A stretch of 64,000 nucleotides of DNA, taken from positions 1 to 64,000 of the forward strand of contig JBDOIF010000154.1 of assembly GCA_041082215.1 (NCBI GenBank), written 5' to 3'. Both the position numbers and the translations under genes were made by a program. Positions 1 through 8,571 of the stretch are shown here, in pieces. Within the stretch, counting starts at the first letter, position 1, and each line of letters opens with the position of its first letter. Source of the DNA: Anaerolineae bacterium. GTDB lineage: Bacteria > Chloroflexota > Anaerolineae > B4-G1 > DUEL01. The notes under the pieces were generated by a model. The model did no database searches and was not told the DNA's origin. It worked only from the letters and a program-made list of their open reading frames with translations.

Positions 1-926
1 GCCGCGACCCACCCCACCGCCAGCCCGATCCCCGCCAGCATCACCTGCACCAGCCCCAGGTGGACCTCCATCGGCGGGTTCATCAGCGAGGTGTCAAAGG
101 GTGCGGGCGGGGCAAAGATCTCCGCCAGGCCGACGAAGTTGTAGTGAAAGTCGTTGTTGCGGGTGACGCGGGACATATGCAGTTGGGCATAGTCCTTCTC
201 GGCCAATGCCGGGAGCCAGAGAAAGGCCGCCAGTCCCAGCGCCAGCCCTAACGCCAGCGCCACCCATCCCCAGCGGCCCCGCCGCCGATATACCCAGCCC
301 AGGAGACCCAGGTAGGCGAGCAGGAACGGGGTGAAGGTGAGGCTGGAAATGTTGTGGGTCAGATAGAGGGCCGTCAGGAAGCCGGTGGCGGCCAGGAACC
401 AGCGCCTCCCCCCTTCCAGCGCCAGCCGCCGGAAGGCCCAGAGGATGAACGGGAAAAGCGCCAGCGCCACCGACTCGGGGGCGTTGCCCCGCAACAGGGC
501 GTCCAGGAACTGATACGGCGCGTAGGCGTAGGCCGCCGCCGCCACAAACCCGGCAGCCGGCCCGAAGAGGTCCCGCGCCAGCAGAAAGGCCCCCACCGCA
601 CAGCCCACGATGCTCAGCACATAGACCAGGTTCAGGGCCAGGGGGAGCGGCATCCCGGTCAGCCACAGCCCCAGGGCCAGGTAGTACGACAGGGGCTCGC
701 GGTAGACGAAAAAGGGATAACCGTACCCGAAGGCCAGGTCCGGCAGCCAGCGGGTAAAGAGAAGCCCCTGCTCCAGCGCGTTCCGCATCGCCACCACACG
801 GAAGTAATGGAAGTCGCCGTCGTGGGTGCAGGGGGAGGCGGTGCGGAGGAGCGGGGCGATGGCGATGCCGCTGAGGATGATCAGTGAAAGAATGGTCAAT
901 GACCAGTGACCAATGGCGCGGGTCAT
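1..926 (-). CDS. Membrane protein of the PTPS-related/GT-C (YfhO-like) type; 3' end runs off the window
   Basis: Not in the ORF track because there is no stop in the window. Manual translation from ATG at 926 gives MTRAIGHWSLTILSLIILSGIAIAPLLRTASPCTHDGDFHYFRVVAM...RWLPDLAFGYGYPFFVYREPLSYYL, with a HD..H..R...RW.PD...GYGYP.F..Y.PL.YY pattern and many TM segments. ATGA overlap with the upstream gene. Confidence 0.75.
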   Translation of the reverse strand, partial: MTRAIGHWSLTILSLIILSGIAIAPLLRTASPCTHDGDFHYFRVVAMRNALEQGLLFTRWLPDLAFGYGYPFFVYREPLSYYLALGLWLTGMPLPLALNLVYVLSIVGCAVGAFLLARDLFGPAAGFVAAAAYAYAPYQFLDALLRGNAPESVALALFPFILWAFRRLALEGGRRWFLAATGFLTALYLTHNISSLTFTPFLLAYLGLLGWVYRRRGRWGWVALALGLALGLAAFLWLPALAEKDYAQLHMSRVTRNNDFHYNFVGLAEIFAPPAPFDTSLMNPPMEVHLGLVQVMLAGIGLAVGWVA

Positions 927-3900
927 TGGGGGCCTCCGGGGGGAGCAATCCCGATCTCGGCGGGAAGGACCGCCTGATTACCGGGGAGGAGATGGCCGGT
1001 GGAGTCGGTTACGGGGAGGCGGTCGCCATAAGCGGCATCGTAGAAGCCGACGGCGATGTGGTAGCCGCCGGGCGGCGCGTCGGCAGCGACGGGGAGGGGG
1101 ACCTTCTCGACGACTACCTGCCCGGCTGTCCAACTCGATGTGGGGGCCAGCCCGTTTCCAGGAATCCGGTCGGCCTGGCCGTGAGGCAGGCCGTCAGACC
1201 CCAGGAGATGGACGAAGAGGGTGTAACTCCGGTCGGTGGGGCCGTCGGCCTGCCAGTAGAGGGTGAGCTCAAGCGTCTCCCCCGGCGCAGCCGCCGTCCG
1301 GTCCAGCCCATATCCCAGCAGATGAATCCCCTCGCCGAAGGTCAGCTCCAGTGGGTGGGGGATTTCCTCTGGCAGCTCGAAGGATCGCTCGCGGGGGAGC
1401 ACCTCCACCGTCGCCATCACCCGATCCCCTTCCCACAGAGGACGGCCCTCCGCATCCAGCACGTTGAGGGCCAGCCGGTAGGAGCCGGGGAGCAGGTCCG
1501 GTGGCACGTGCAGGGTGTGGCGGCTCTCAAACCGGTCGCCGGGCCGCCAGCGGGAGGTGGGGTGAGGGCTGAGGGGAACCACCCTCTCCAGTCCTATCCC
1601 TTCTCCGCCGACCAGCCGCAACCGGACCCGATAGTCCTCCCCCGGCGCGGTGTTGGCCTGCCAGAACAGGGAGAAGGAGATGGGGTCGCCAGAGAGGACC
1701 CGGGCCGGCGGTGAGGCCATCCCCAGCAGGGTCAGCGGGCCGGCGGGGAGGTCGAGCCGGTGGGAGATCCGGAGCGCATCCACGTCTGGTGGAACGGCAG
1801 GCGGCGCGATGGCTACCTCCCCCACCACGACCCGCGTGCCAGCGAAGGAGCCGTCGGGCCGGCTGGCTCCCAGCCCCGCGCCGGTCCCCCCGTCGTAGAG
1901 GCTCACCTCTACGGTGTACCGGCCCGGCGAAATGGCCGGCGGCAGGGGAAGCCTGTAGGCCACGTCGGCCCATTCGTCCGGGTTCCAATCAGAGGTGGGG
2001 AAAAAGGACCCGTTCAGTACCCAATCCTCGGCCTGGCTCCAGTCGTGGCCTTCCCGGTCTCGCAGGACGACCACTGCCCGGTAGTCGGCCGGTGGGACGC
2101 CGACAGCCCGCCAGCGGATCGTCGCCACCAGCGGGTCGGGCCGGGCGACGGTCTCCGGGACCACGCTGTCCACCAGGGCCAGTTGACCGCCGAAGAGGGC
2201 GAGGAGGGCTTGTTGCTCGCTGCTGGTCGCTGGTTGTATGTTATGTGTTGCGTATTCTGTGATAACGGCGGAGGCGACGGTGGCGGAGGCGACGGGAGTG
2301 GCGACGGCCCCGGCCTGCCGGCGCAGTTGGGCGGCGGTGACTGGGGAGGCGGCGGGCAGATGGACCGTCCACAGGCGGCCCTCCACCGGCAAGTGCTCTG
2401 CCAGCCAGGCGGCCAGAGCAACCTCATCGGGCAGGTCAGCCACGGAGACGATCTCACCGGGTCCGCTGTAGTTGTGCAGGAGCGGCGCGTCGGCATCCAG
2501 GAGGATCAGGTCGCCCGGTGTGGCCCGCTCGGCCAGGTAGGCGGCCTGTTCCAGGGGGGCGGTGCTGGTGCAGACGACGGCGTGGGGGAGGAGGGTGAGG
2601 GTGACGGTGTAGACGGGGTGACTGGGTAACTGGGTGAGTGAGGAGCAGGAGGAGGAGACCAGGTAGTCGGCAAGGGAGGCGGTTGCGTCGTCCAGGGGGA
2701 GGGTGCGGCCGACGAAGAGGGAGGCGAAGGAGGGGACGCTGTTAGCGGCGACGGTGAGCCCTTGGGCCTCAGGCAGTCGGTTCAGCCAGCGGGCGGCGGC
2801 TCCCATCCCCTCTCCCCAGTCCAGCGAGATCAGCCGCGAACCGACGGCCGGTCCGCCCAGTAAGGGGTTGGCATAGGTGAGCGGGTGGGCGGCGAAGGGG
2901 AGGAGAAGGAGCAGTTGCAGGGCGACGAGGAGGAGATAGGGAGACACGGGGACGCGGGAACGCGGGGAGATACGAAGGCGCGAAGGAAGGGAGAGAGCGA
3001 CGGCGAGGGCGAGGGGAGGCAGGATCGGCAGCAGGTAGCGGTCGTACTTTTTGACGCTCAGCGCCAGCATCAGCGTGTACCCCAGGGCAAACAGCCACAG
3101 CCAGGCCCGGTCGGCCCGGAAAGGGGTCCGCCTGAGGAGCTGGGGGATGCTGGGGACCAGCCCGATCAGCACGACAGGGCTGAAGCGGACAAGGAAGGAG
3201 ACGGCGTAGAACTCGGGGCCGTGGTACAGAGAGACCCGCCCAGCGAAGAAGGTGGGCATCAGGGCGGCGGTGGCGTGGTAGGAGGGGGCCTGGAATAGAT
3301 CGCGCACCGTCTGCAGGGGGGCGGCCCACATCGCCGGATACAGGGCCAGATAGACCGCTGTGCCCCCGATCCCCCAGCCCGCCGACAAAACCAGTGCATG
3401 GCGGAGCCGCGTCCTCCGGCTGATCAACCTCCATCCCAAAGCTCCGATGGCGAAAGGGACCAGGAAGACACCGCTGCTCTTGGTCAGCAGCGCCAGCCCC
3501 GCCGCCGCTCCGCTTGCCAGGCTCCAGGCCCTCTGGCACGGGCCGTCTCGCAGCGCTCCCAGCAGACAGATGACGGAAAGAGCGGTGAAGGTCGTCAACA
3601 GGCCATCGGTGTGCAGGAGGCCCGAGTGACCCACCAGGAAAGGGTCGAAGGCCAGAAGGCCGACGGTCGCCAGCGCCACCTCATTCCCAAACAACCGACG
3701 CACGAGGAGGTAGAGCAGCAGCAGCCCCAGCGTTGTCGTCACCGCCACGGCCACCCGGCCCGGCGTGAGGAAGAAGGCCAGGTGGCGGAACGCCTCCCCG
3801 TTCTCCGGCGCCAGCCACATCAGACGACGGACCCAGTCGAGATGGGCGGCGCTTTCGGCGGGGTGCAGCAATTGCTGGATTGCCACTCCTGCGGCTCCCA

Positions 3901-4099
3901 GCCACATCGTCGTCACGCCGGGGTGGCCAGTGGAGGGGACCGCTGCCCAGTCGCGGGCGATCAGTGCATCGTAGAAACGGATGGAGCGGTGAACCCATGC
4001 CGGCTCGTCGGGGGTGACGTAGCGGCCCAGGGGAAGCAGCCGGAAGAAGAGGGCTGCGAAGAGCACCAGGCTAACAGGCAATGAACGCTTTCTGCTCAC
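923..4099 (-). CDS. GT39/ArnT/PMT-like GT-C glycosyltransferase with three C-terminal Chloroflexota-type beta domains
   Basis: N-terminal TM then PDEPAW, HPG, LTK and KKYDRYLLP motifs. Three repeats of W..A....DY.......PTS.W......L..P....PG.Y....YD. Confidence 0.8.
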   Translation of the reverse strand: MSRKRSLPVSLVLFAALFFRLLPLGRYVTPDEPAWVHRSIRFYDALIARDWAAVPSTGHPGVTTMWLGAAGVAIQQLLHPAESAAHLDWVRRLMWLAPENGEAFRHLAFFLTPGRVAVAVTTTLGLLLLYLLVRRLFGNEVALATVGLLAFDPFLVGHSGLLHTDGLLTTFTALSVICLLGALRDGPCQRAWSLASGAAAGLALLTKSSGVFLVPFAIGALGWRLISRRTRLRHALVLSAGWGIGGTAVYLALYPAMWAAPLQTVRDLFQAPSYHATAALMPTFFAGRVSLYHGPEFYAVSFLVRFSPVVLIGLVPSIPQLLRRTPFRADRAWLWLFALGYTLMLALSVKKYDRYLLPILPPLALAVALSLPSRLRISPRSRVPVSPYLLLVALQLLLLLPFAAHPLTYANPLLGGPAVGSRLISLDWGEGMGAAARWLNRLPEAQGLTVAANSVPSFASLFVGRTLPLDDATASLADYLVSSSCSSLTQLPSHPVYTVTLTLLPHAVVCTSTAPLEQAAYLAERATPGDLILLDADAPLLHNYSGPGEIVSVADLPDEVALAAWLAEHLPVEGRLWTVHLPAASPVTAAQLRRQAGAVATPVASATVASAVITEYATHNIQPATSSEQQALLALFGGQLALVDSVVPETVARPDPLVATIRWRAVGVPPADYRAVVVLRDREGHDWSQAEDWVLNGSFFPTSDWNPDEWADVAYRLPLPPAISPGRYTVEVSLYDGGTGAGLGASRPDGSFAGTRVVVGEVAIAPPAVPPDVDALRISHRLDLPAGPLTLLGMASPPARVLSGDPISFSLFWQANTAPGEDYRVRLRLVGGEGIGLERVVPLSPHPTSRWRPGDRFESRHTLHVPPDLLPGSYRLALNVLDAEGRPLWEGDRVMATVEVLPRERSFELPEEIPHPLELTFGEGIHLLGYGLDRTAAAPGETLELTLYWQADGPTDRSYTLFVHLLGSDGLPHGQADRIPGNGLAPTSSWTAGQVVVEKVPLPVAADAPPGGYHIAVGFYDAAYGDRLPVTDSTGHLLPGNQAVLPAEIGIAPPGGPQ

Positions 4100-4119
4100 C
4101 CAGTCACCCAGTCACCCTA

Positions 4120-5754
4120 TCACCCCAGATACCCCAACGCCCGCAGCCGGTCCTCCACCTCGGCCGTCTCCTCGGCGGAAAGGCCGGTCTCAGGTCCCAC
4201 CTCTGTGGCCGCCACGTGTTCGTACCGCACCGGCCGATCGGAGGAGAGCATCGAACTCAGCACCCGTCCATCCATATCGTCCGGCACCGGCAGGCCCATC
4301 AGATGGAGGATCGTCGGGGCCAGGTCCATAATATGTGCCCCCTCTGGCGCCAGCCCGGGCCGGATGTCGGCACCCCAGGCGACCAGCAGGCCGTGGAGCC
4401 GGTGGCAGCCGGAATCCCCCCGGATCTGCCGGGTGACCAGCCGGCTGTCGGTGGCGAAGAGGGGGAAGGCGATGGCCCGGTAGCCGTCGAACACCACATG
4501 CAGATCGGGTCCGCGGTGGGCGTAAGGCCCGTGAGCCACCTGTTCGCCAGGGATCACCCGGTCCACCAATGGCTTTCCCGTCTCCGGGTGGCGCAGCTCC
4601 TTGAGCGCCTCCACCACCCGTCGCCGTACTGCTTCATATTCCGCCCCTGGCTCCACGATTCCGTGTGGCTCCCGTCCCTTTAAGTTTATGTAAATCTGCC
4701 CCACGTGGCCGATGGAGTAGGCCACCGTGCGCGACCAGTCCACGTCGCCGAAGGAGAGGAACTTGCTGACCACCCTGTTACGGGTGGACTTGGAGATCAG
4801 CCACACATAGTTCTGCAACCCTGCCCGCTCGATGAGACGCCAGACCGAGGCAGGGGTCAGCCCGGCGCGGAAAAGGGAGCTTCGCAACCGGGTGGAGGGG
4901 TTGCCCCTGAGCTGGAGCAGCCCCGCCTCCAGAAGGAACAGGTTCAGATTGACCACCCAGTGGAGCGGCCCGAAGCCGTGATCGCTCATCACGATCACCG
5001 TTCCTTCCCCCTCGATCCGCTCCACCATCTGCCCGATGAAGTCGTCTATCCGTTCAAAAACCCGGCGCATCTGGGGGACGAACCGGGCTGCAGCCTCGGG
5101 GTTGTGGCGGGGATGGGTGGGGTCAACGAACTTCCAGAAGGCATGCTGGAGGACGTCGGTGGCCTGGAAGTGGACCATAAAGAAGTCCCACGGATGGTCT
5201 TCCATCAGCCGCAGCGCATATCGGCCCCGGCGGTCCACCAGGTCCAGCAGGTCGGCGATAAATAGCTCCTCGTTCCCTTCTTTATACTGCACCGAGGGGA
5301 CGATGCGGTATGCTCCCAGCTCCTCCAGGTAGGGCTCCAGGAGACCAGGGGGATAGGTGATGCGGCCGGTGAGCGGGGAGAGCAGGCCACCGATCAGGAA
5401 GCCGTTCACGGGCTGGGGAGGGTAGGTCACCGGCACATTGATCACCCCCACCCGGCGTCCCGCGTCGGAGAGGATCTGCCAGAGGGTGCGGGAGCGAATA
5501 GAAGTGGCATTCACCATATCGAAGTCGCCACCGCGGGGATGGATGAAGTCAAAGACGCCGTGCTTGCCGGGATTCTTGCCGGTGGCGAAAGTGGGCCAGG
5601 CAGGAGAGGTGACCGGCGGGAGGGTGGATTCCAGCAGCCCCCAGGCCCCCTCGTCCATCAGGCGGGCCAGGTTCGGCAGATGCCCCTCCCCGGCCCAGGG
5701 CCGGATCAGGTCCAGTGTGCCTCCGTCTATACCGACGACCAGAACGCGGTTCAT
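4120..5754 (-). CDS. Alkaline phosphatase superfamily (type I phosphodiesterase/nucleotide pyrophosphatase) protein
   Basis: GIDG, STLPPVTSPAWPTFATGKNPGKHGVFDF, SDHGFG, GCHRLHG and C-terminal EDRLRALGYL. Confidence 0.85.
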   Translation of the reverse strand: MNRVLVVGIDGGTLDLIRPWAGEGHLPNLARLMDEGAWGLLESTLPPVTSPAWPTFATGKNPGKHGVFDFIHPRGGDFDMVNATSIRSRTLWQILSDAGRRVGVINVPVTYPPQPVNGFLIGGLLSPLTGRITYPPGLLEPYLEELGAYRIVPSVQYKEGNEELFIADLLDLVDRRGRYALRLMEDHPWDFFMVHFQATDVLQHAFWKFVDPTHPRHNPEAAARFVPQMRRVFERIDDFIGQMVERIEGEGTVIVMSDHGFGPLHWVVNLNLFLLEAGLLQLRGNPSTRLRSSLFRAGLTPASVWRLIERAGLQNYVWLISKSTRNRVVSKFLSFGDVDWSRTVAYSIGHVGQIYINLKGREPHGIVEPGAEYEAVRRRVVEALKELRHPETGKPLVDRVIPGEQVAHGPYAHRGPDLHVVFDGYRAIAFPLFATDSRLVTRQIRGDSGCHRLHGLLVAWGADIRPGLAPEGAHIMDLAPTILHLMGLPVPDDMDGRVLSSMLSSDRPVRYEHVAATEVGPETGLSAEETAEVEDRLRALGYLG

Positions 5755-6752
5755 CCTTTTTCCCCCTCGGGCTCCAGGACCTCCCGGACGACGTAGATGG
5801 GCTTGTTCTGCGCCTCATGGTAGGTGCGGGTGATTACCTCGGCCAGAAGGCCCAGCACGATGAACTGAACCCCCAGGACGATGAGGAGGACGGCCAGCAT
5901 CAGCCACGGGCTGGTGCCGATGCGGTAGGCGCGGAACCCCTCCGGCCCCCCCAGGATGCCGTGGAGGATCTTGGCTCCGGCCAGATAAAGCCCGATCAGC
6001 CCACCCGTGCCCCCCAGCCCCAGCCCGATCAGGCCGAAGAGCTGCATGGGACGGGAGGAGAAGCTGAGCAGATAGGTCACGGTGAACAGGTCCAGCAGGA
6101 CGCGGATGGTGCGGGAGATGCCGTACTTGGAGCGGCCATAGGTGCGGGGGCGGTCGTTGACCGGCAGCTCTGCCACCCGTACCCCCATCCATCCGGCCAG
6201 GGCGGGGATGAACCGGTGCAGTTCCCCGTAGAGGTGGACGTTCTTCGCCACCTCGGCCCGGTACGCTTTGAGGGAGCAGCCGTAGTCGTGGAGACGGATG
6301 CCGGTGGTCTGAGAGATGAGCCGGTTGGCGATCATCGAAGGGAGACGGCGCGTCAGGAACGGCTCCTTCCGATTCTGCCGCCACCCGCTGACGATGTCGT
6401 ACTCCCCCTCTTCCAATAGCTTCAGGAGGCGAGGGATGTCGGCCGGGTCGTTCTGGCCGTCGGCGTCAAGGGTGATCACCACCCGCCCGCGGGCGTGGTC
6501 GAAGCCGGCGGCGAAGGCAGCGGTCTGCCCGAAGTTGCGCCGAAAACGGACAATGCGCAGATGAGGGTCCCCGCCCTGCAGGCGGCGCAGCACCTCGAGG
6601 CTCCCATCGGTGCTCCCGTCGTCCACCGCTACGATTTCATAGGAACGGCCCAGCCCCTCCAGAACGGCCGTCAGCTCCGCGTGCAGCGTCGGCAGGGCGC
6701 CCGCCTCGTTGTAGACCGGGATGACAATTGAAAAGTCAATCGTTTCACTCAT
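5751..6752 (-). CDS. GT2 polyprenol-phosphate glycosyltransferase (ArnC/DPM synthase-like)
   Basis: IPVYNE, DDGSTD, RNFGQTAA, DADGQNDP, HRFIP and two C-terminal TM helices. Confidence 0.9.
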   Translation of the reverse strand: MSETIDFSIVIPVYNEAGALPTLHAELTAVLEGLGRSYEIVAVDDGSTDGSLEVLRRLQGGDPHLRIVRFRRNFGQTAAFAAGFDHARGRVVITLDADGQNDPADIPRLLKLLEEGEYDIVSGWRQNRKEPFLTRRLPSMIANRLISQTTGIRLHDYGCSLKAYRAEVAKNVHLYGELHRFIPALAGWMGVRVAELPVNDRPRTYGRSKYGISRTIRVLLDLFTVTYLLSFSSRPMQLFGLIGLGLGGTGGLIGLYLAGAKILHGILGGPEGFRAYRIGTSPWLMLAVLLIVLGVQFIVLGLLAEVITRTYHEAQNKPIYVVREVLEPEGEKG

Positions 6753-6793
6753 CTCAGGTTCCGGACTCCAGTTTACAGATGTCAGGCCCCCGC

Positions 6794-6821
6794 ATTATAA
6801 CACGCTGTCGCCGCGGGTCAA
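6794..6821 (-). promoter_or_regulatory. Sigma70-type promoter for the glycosylation cluster
   Basis: TTGACC-16 nt-TATAAT with a TG extension on the minus strand; the -35 overlaps the surE stop. Confidence 0.6.
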
Positions 6822-7630
6822 AGCTCTGTCGGCCCCTGCAGCAGTGTTTCCAACCGACCGGGGTCGGCGCGGGAGGTCAGGTCTATGCTTAGCGGCACGA
6901 CCGATACCACCCGGTCCACCGCCAGGGCCTGGATGTCCGAATCTGGCTCCAGCTCCTGGGGGTCCCAGTAGGCCTCGTAATCTATCCGGGTTGGGGTAGA
7001 GAGGTCGGCCCGCCGGGGTGGGATGGGCCGGTAGTAGGTATGGCGGGAGAGGCGGGCGAGCCGCCAGGGGGTCTGGGGGGTAGCGTCGTCGGGGATGTCC
7101 ACCTTGAGCACGTCCACGTCGAACGGGAGGGTGGTCGCCAGCATACGCCGGGCGAAGAGGCGGGCAAAGTAGGTGGCAGTGGAGAAGTCCACCGCCTCCG
7201 ACGGGTTGATGTGGGTCTCCTTTGGTGTCTGGAGGGAGACAGCGAGGGCCGGGACGCCCATCGCCGCCCCCTGGAGCGCCGCGCCGATGGTGCCGGAGAT
7301 GGTGGCGTCGGCCCCCAGGTTCTCTCCGTAGTTGATCCCTACCACCAGCAGGTCGGGCTGGCGGGGGGTCAGTTCCAGCACGGCATGAAGGACTGCCTGG
7401 GCGGGGGCGCCGTCCACGCAGAAGGCTTTCACCGGTTGCCCGGCGACCTGCATCGGGTAGGGGCGGACGGTGCCGCTGGAGTCGGTGGGAAGGCAGCGGC
7501 TGGCGCCGGACCACTGGTGGCAGGGTGCGACGACCAGTGGTTCCCCCAGCTCCAGCACCGCCTCCACGGCGGCCCGGAGGCCCGGCGAGCCGATGCCATC
7601 GTCGTTGGTGATAAGGATCAATGGGCGCAT
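6818..7630 (-). CDS. surE: 5'/3'-nucleotidase SurE
   Basis: ILITNDDGIGSPG, GINYGENLG, SGTIGAA. Confidence 0.92.
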   Translation of the reverse strand: MRPLILITNDDGIGSPGLRAAVEAVLELGEPLVVAPCHQWSGASRCLPTDSSGTVRPYPMQVAGQPVKAFCVDGAPAQAVLHAVLELTPRQPDLLVVGINYGENLGADATISGTIGAALQGAAMGVPALAVSLQTPKETHINPSEAVDFSTATYFARLFARRMLATTLPFDVDVLKVDIPDDATPQTPWRLARLSRHTYYRPIPPRRADLSTPTRIDYEAYWDPQELEPDSDIQALAVDRVVSVVPLSIDLTSRADPGRLETLLQGPTEL

Positions 7631-7672
7631 CGCGGGGGAAAAGCGACAGCGAGCACCGGGGCAGGAAGGAGG

Positions 7673-8560
7673 TCAGCCCCTGCCCTTTGCCAGCCCCATC
7701 CGCACGAACAGCCAGGGAGCGCCCAGCCCTCCCCACAAGCCCACCAGCCCATAGCGGACGAAGCGGAAGAGGAGGGCTGGCTCAAGGCCAGAGAAGGCCA
7801 CCCGCAGCCCGCCGTACAACCCGACCAGGACCACAGCCCCTATCAGGAAGCGCACCACCCGGCGCCACCAGACCCCGCCGGCGTCGAAGCCGACCCACCG
7901 GCGTTCCAGCGCAAAGCCGACGGCCATTCCCATCAGCGTCGCCCCTGTGGTGACGCCGTCCTCCGTGGGGAAGAGCAGCATAAGCATGGCGGGAACCCCC
8001 AGCGCCAGCCCCAGTTGCCAGCTCAGTCCTTTCTCCTCCAGCCACGATTCGACCGGCGGCTCGAAGCGGAGGTAGAGCAGGAGCAGGACCGCTCCGAGCA
8101 GGCATCCGCCCAGCACGTCGGTGGGGAAGTGGACCCCCAGATAGACCCGGGAGAGGGGGATGAAGAGCATCAGCAGGCCAGCCACCACCCACATCCAGGT
8201 CCGCCGGAGCTGTGCAGCCAGATATCCCCAGACGACGATCGCGCTCTGGGCGTGTCCGCTGGGGAGGCCGTAGCCCGTTGCCTCCCAGAGAGGCTTTACC
8301 CGGTCCGGCGCATAGTCGGAAGGGCGGGGCTGGGCAGCCAGCGCCTTTGCCACCCCGTTTATGTAGGAAGAGAGGAGGAACACCACCGTCAGCCGGGCCC
8401 CGATCCGCCGATCCAGACACCAGTAGAGAAACGGCAGAAGCAGGAGGAAGAAGGGCTCTTCCCCTATAAACGTGAAGAACTTGAAGGGGAAATCCAGCGT
8501 CGGGCTGAACCGCTGGAACCAGAGGATGACCTCGACGCCCCAATTCAGCAACCCTTCCAT
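7673..8560 (-). CDS. PAP2-family membrane phosphatase
   Basis: K....QPRP, PSGHA, SRVYLGVHFPTDV; start re-assigned to MEGLLNWG (ATG at 8560). Confidence 0.88.
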   Translation of the reverse strand: MEGLLNWGVEVILWFQRFSPTLDFPFKFFTFIGEEPFFLLLLPFLYWCLDRRIGARLTVVFLLSSYINGVAKALAAQPRPSDYAPDRVKPLWEATGYGLPSGHAQSAIVVWGYLAAQLRRTWMWVVAGLLMLFIPLSRVYLGVHFPTDVLGGCLLGAVLLLLYLRFEPPVESWLEEKGLSWQLGLALGVPAMLMLLFPTEDGVTTGATLMGMAVGFALERRWVGFDAGGVWWRRVVRFLIGAVVLVGLYGGLRVAFSGLEPALLFRFVRYGLVGLWGGLGAPWLFVRMGLAKGRG

Positions 8561-8571
8561 TTTGCTTCCTC

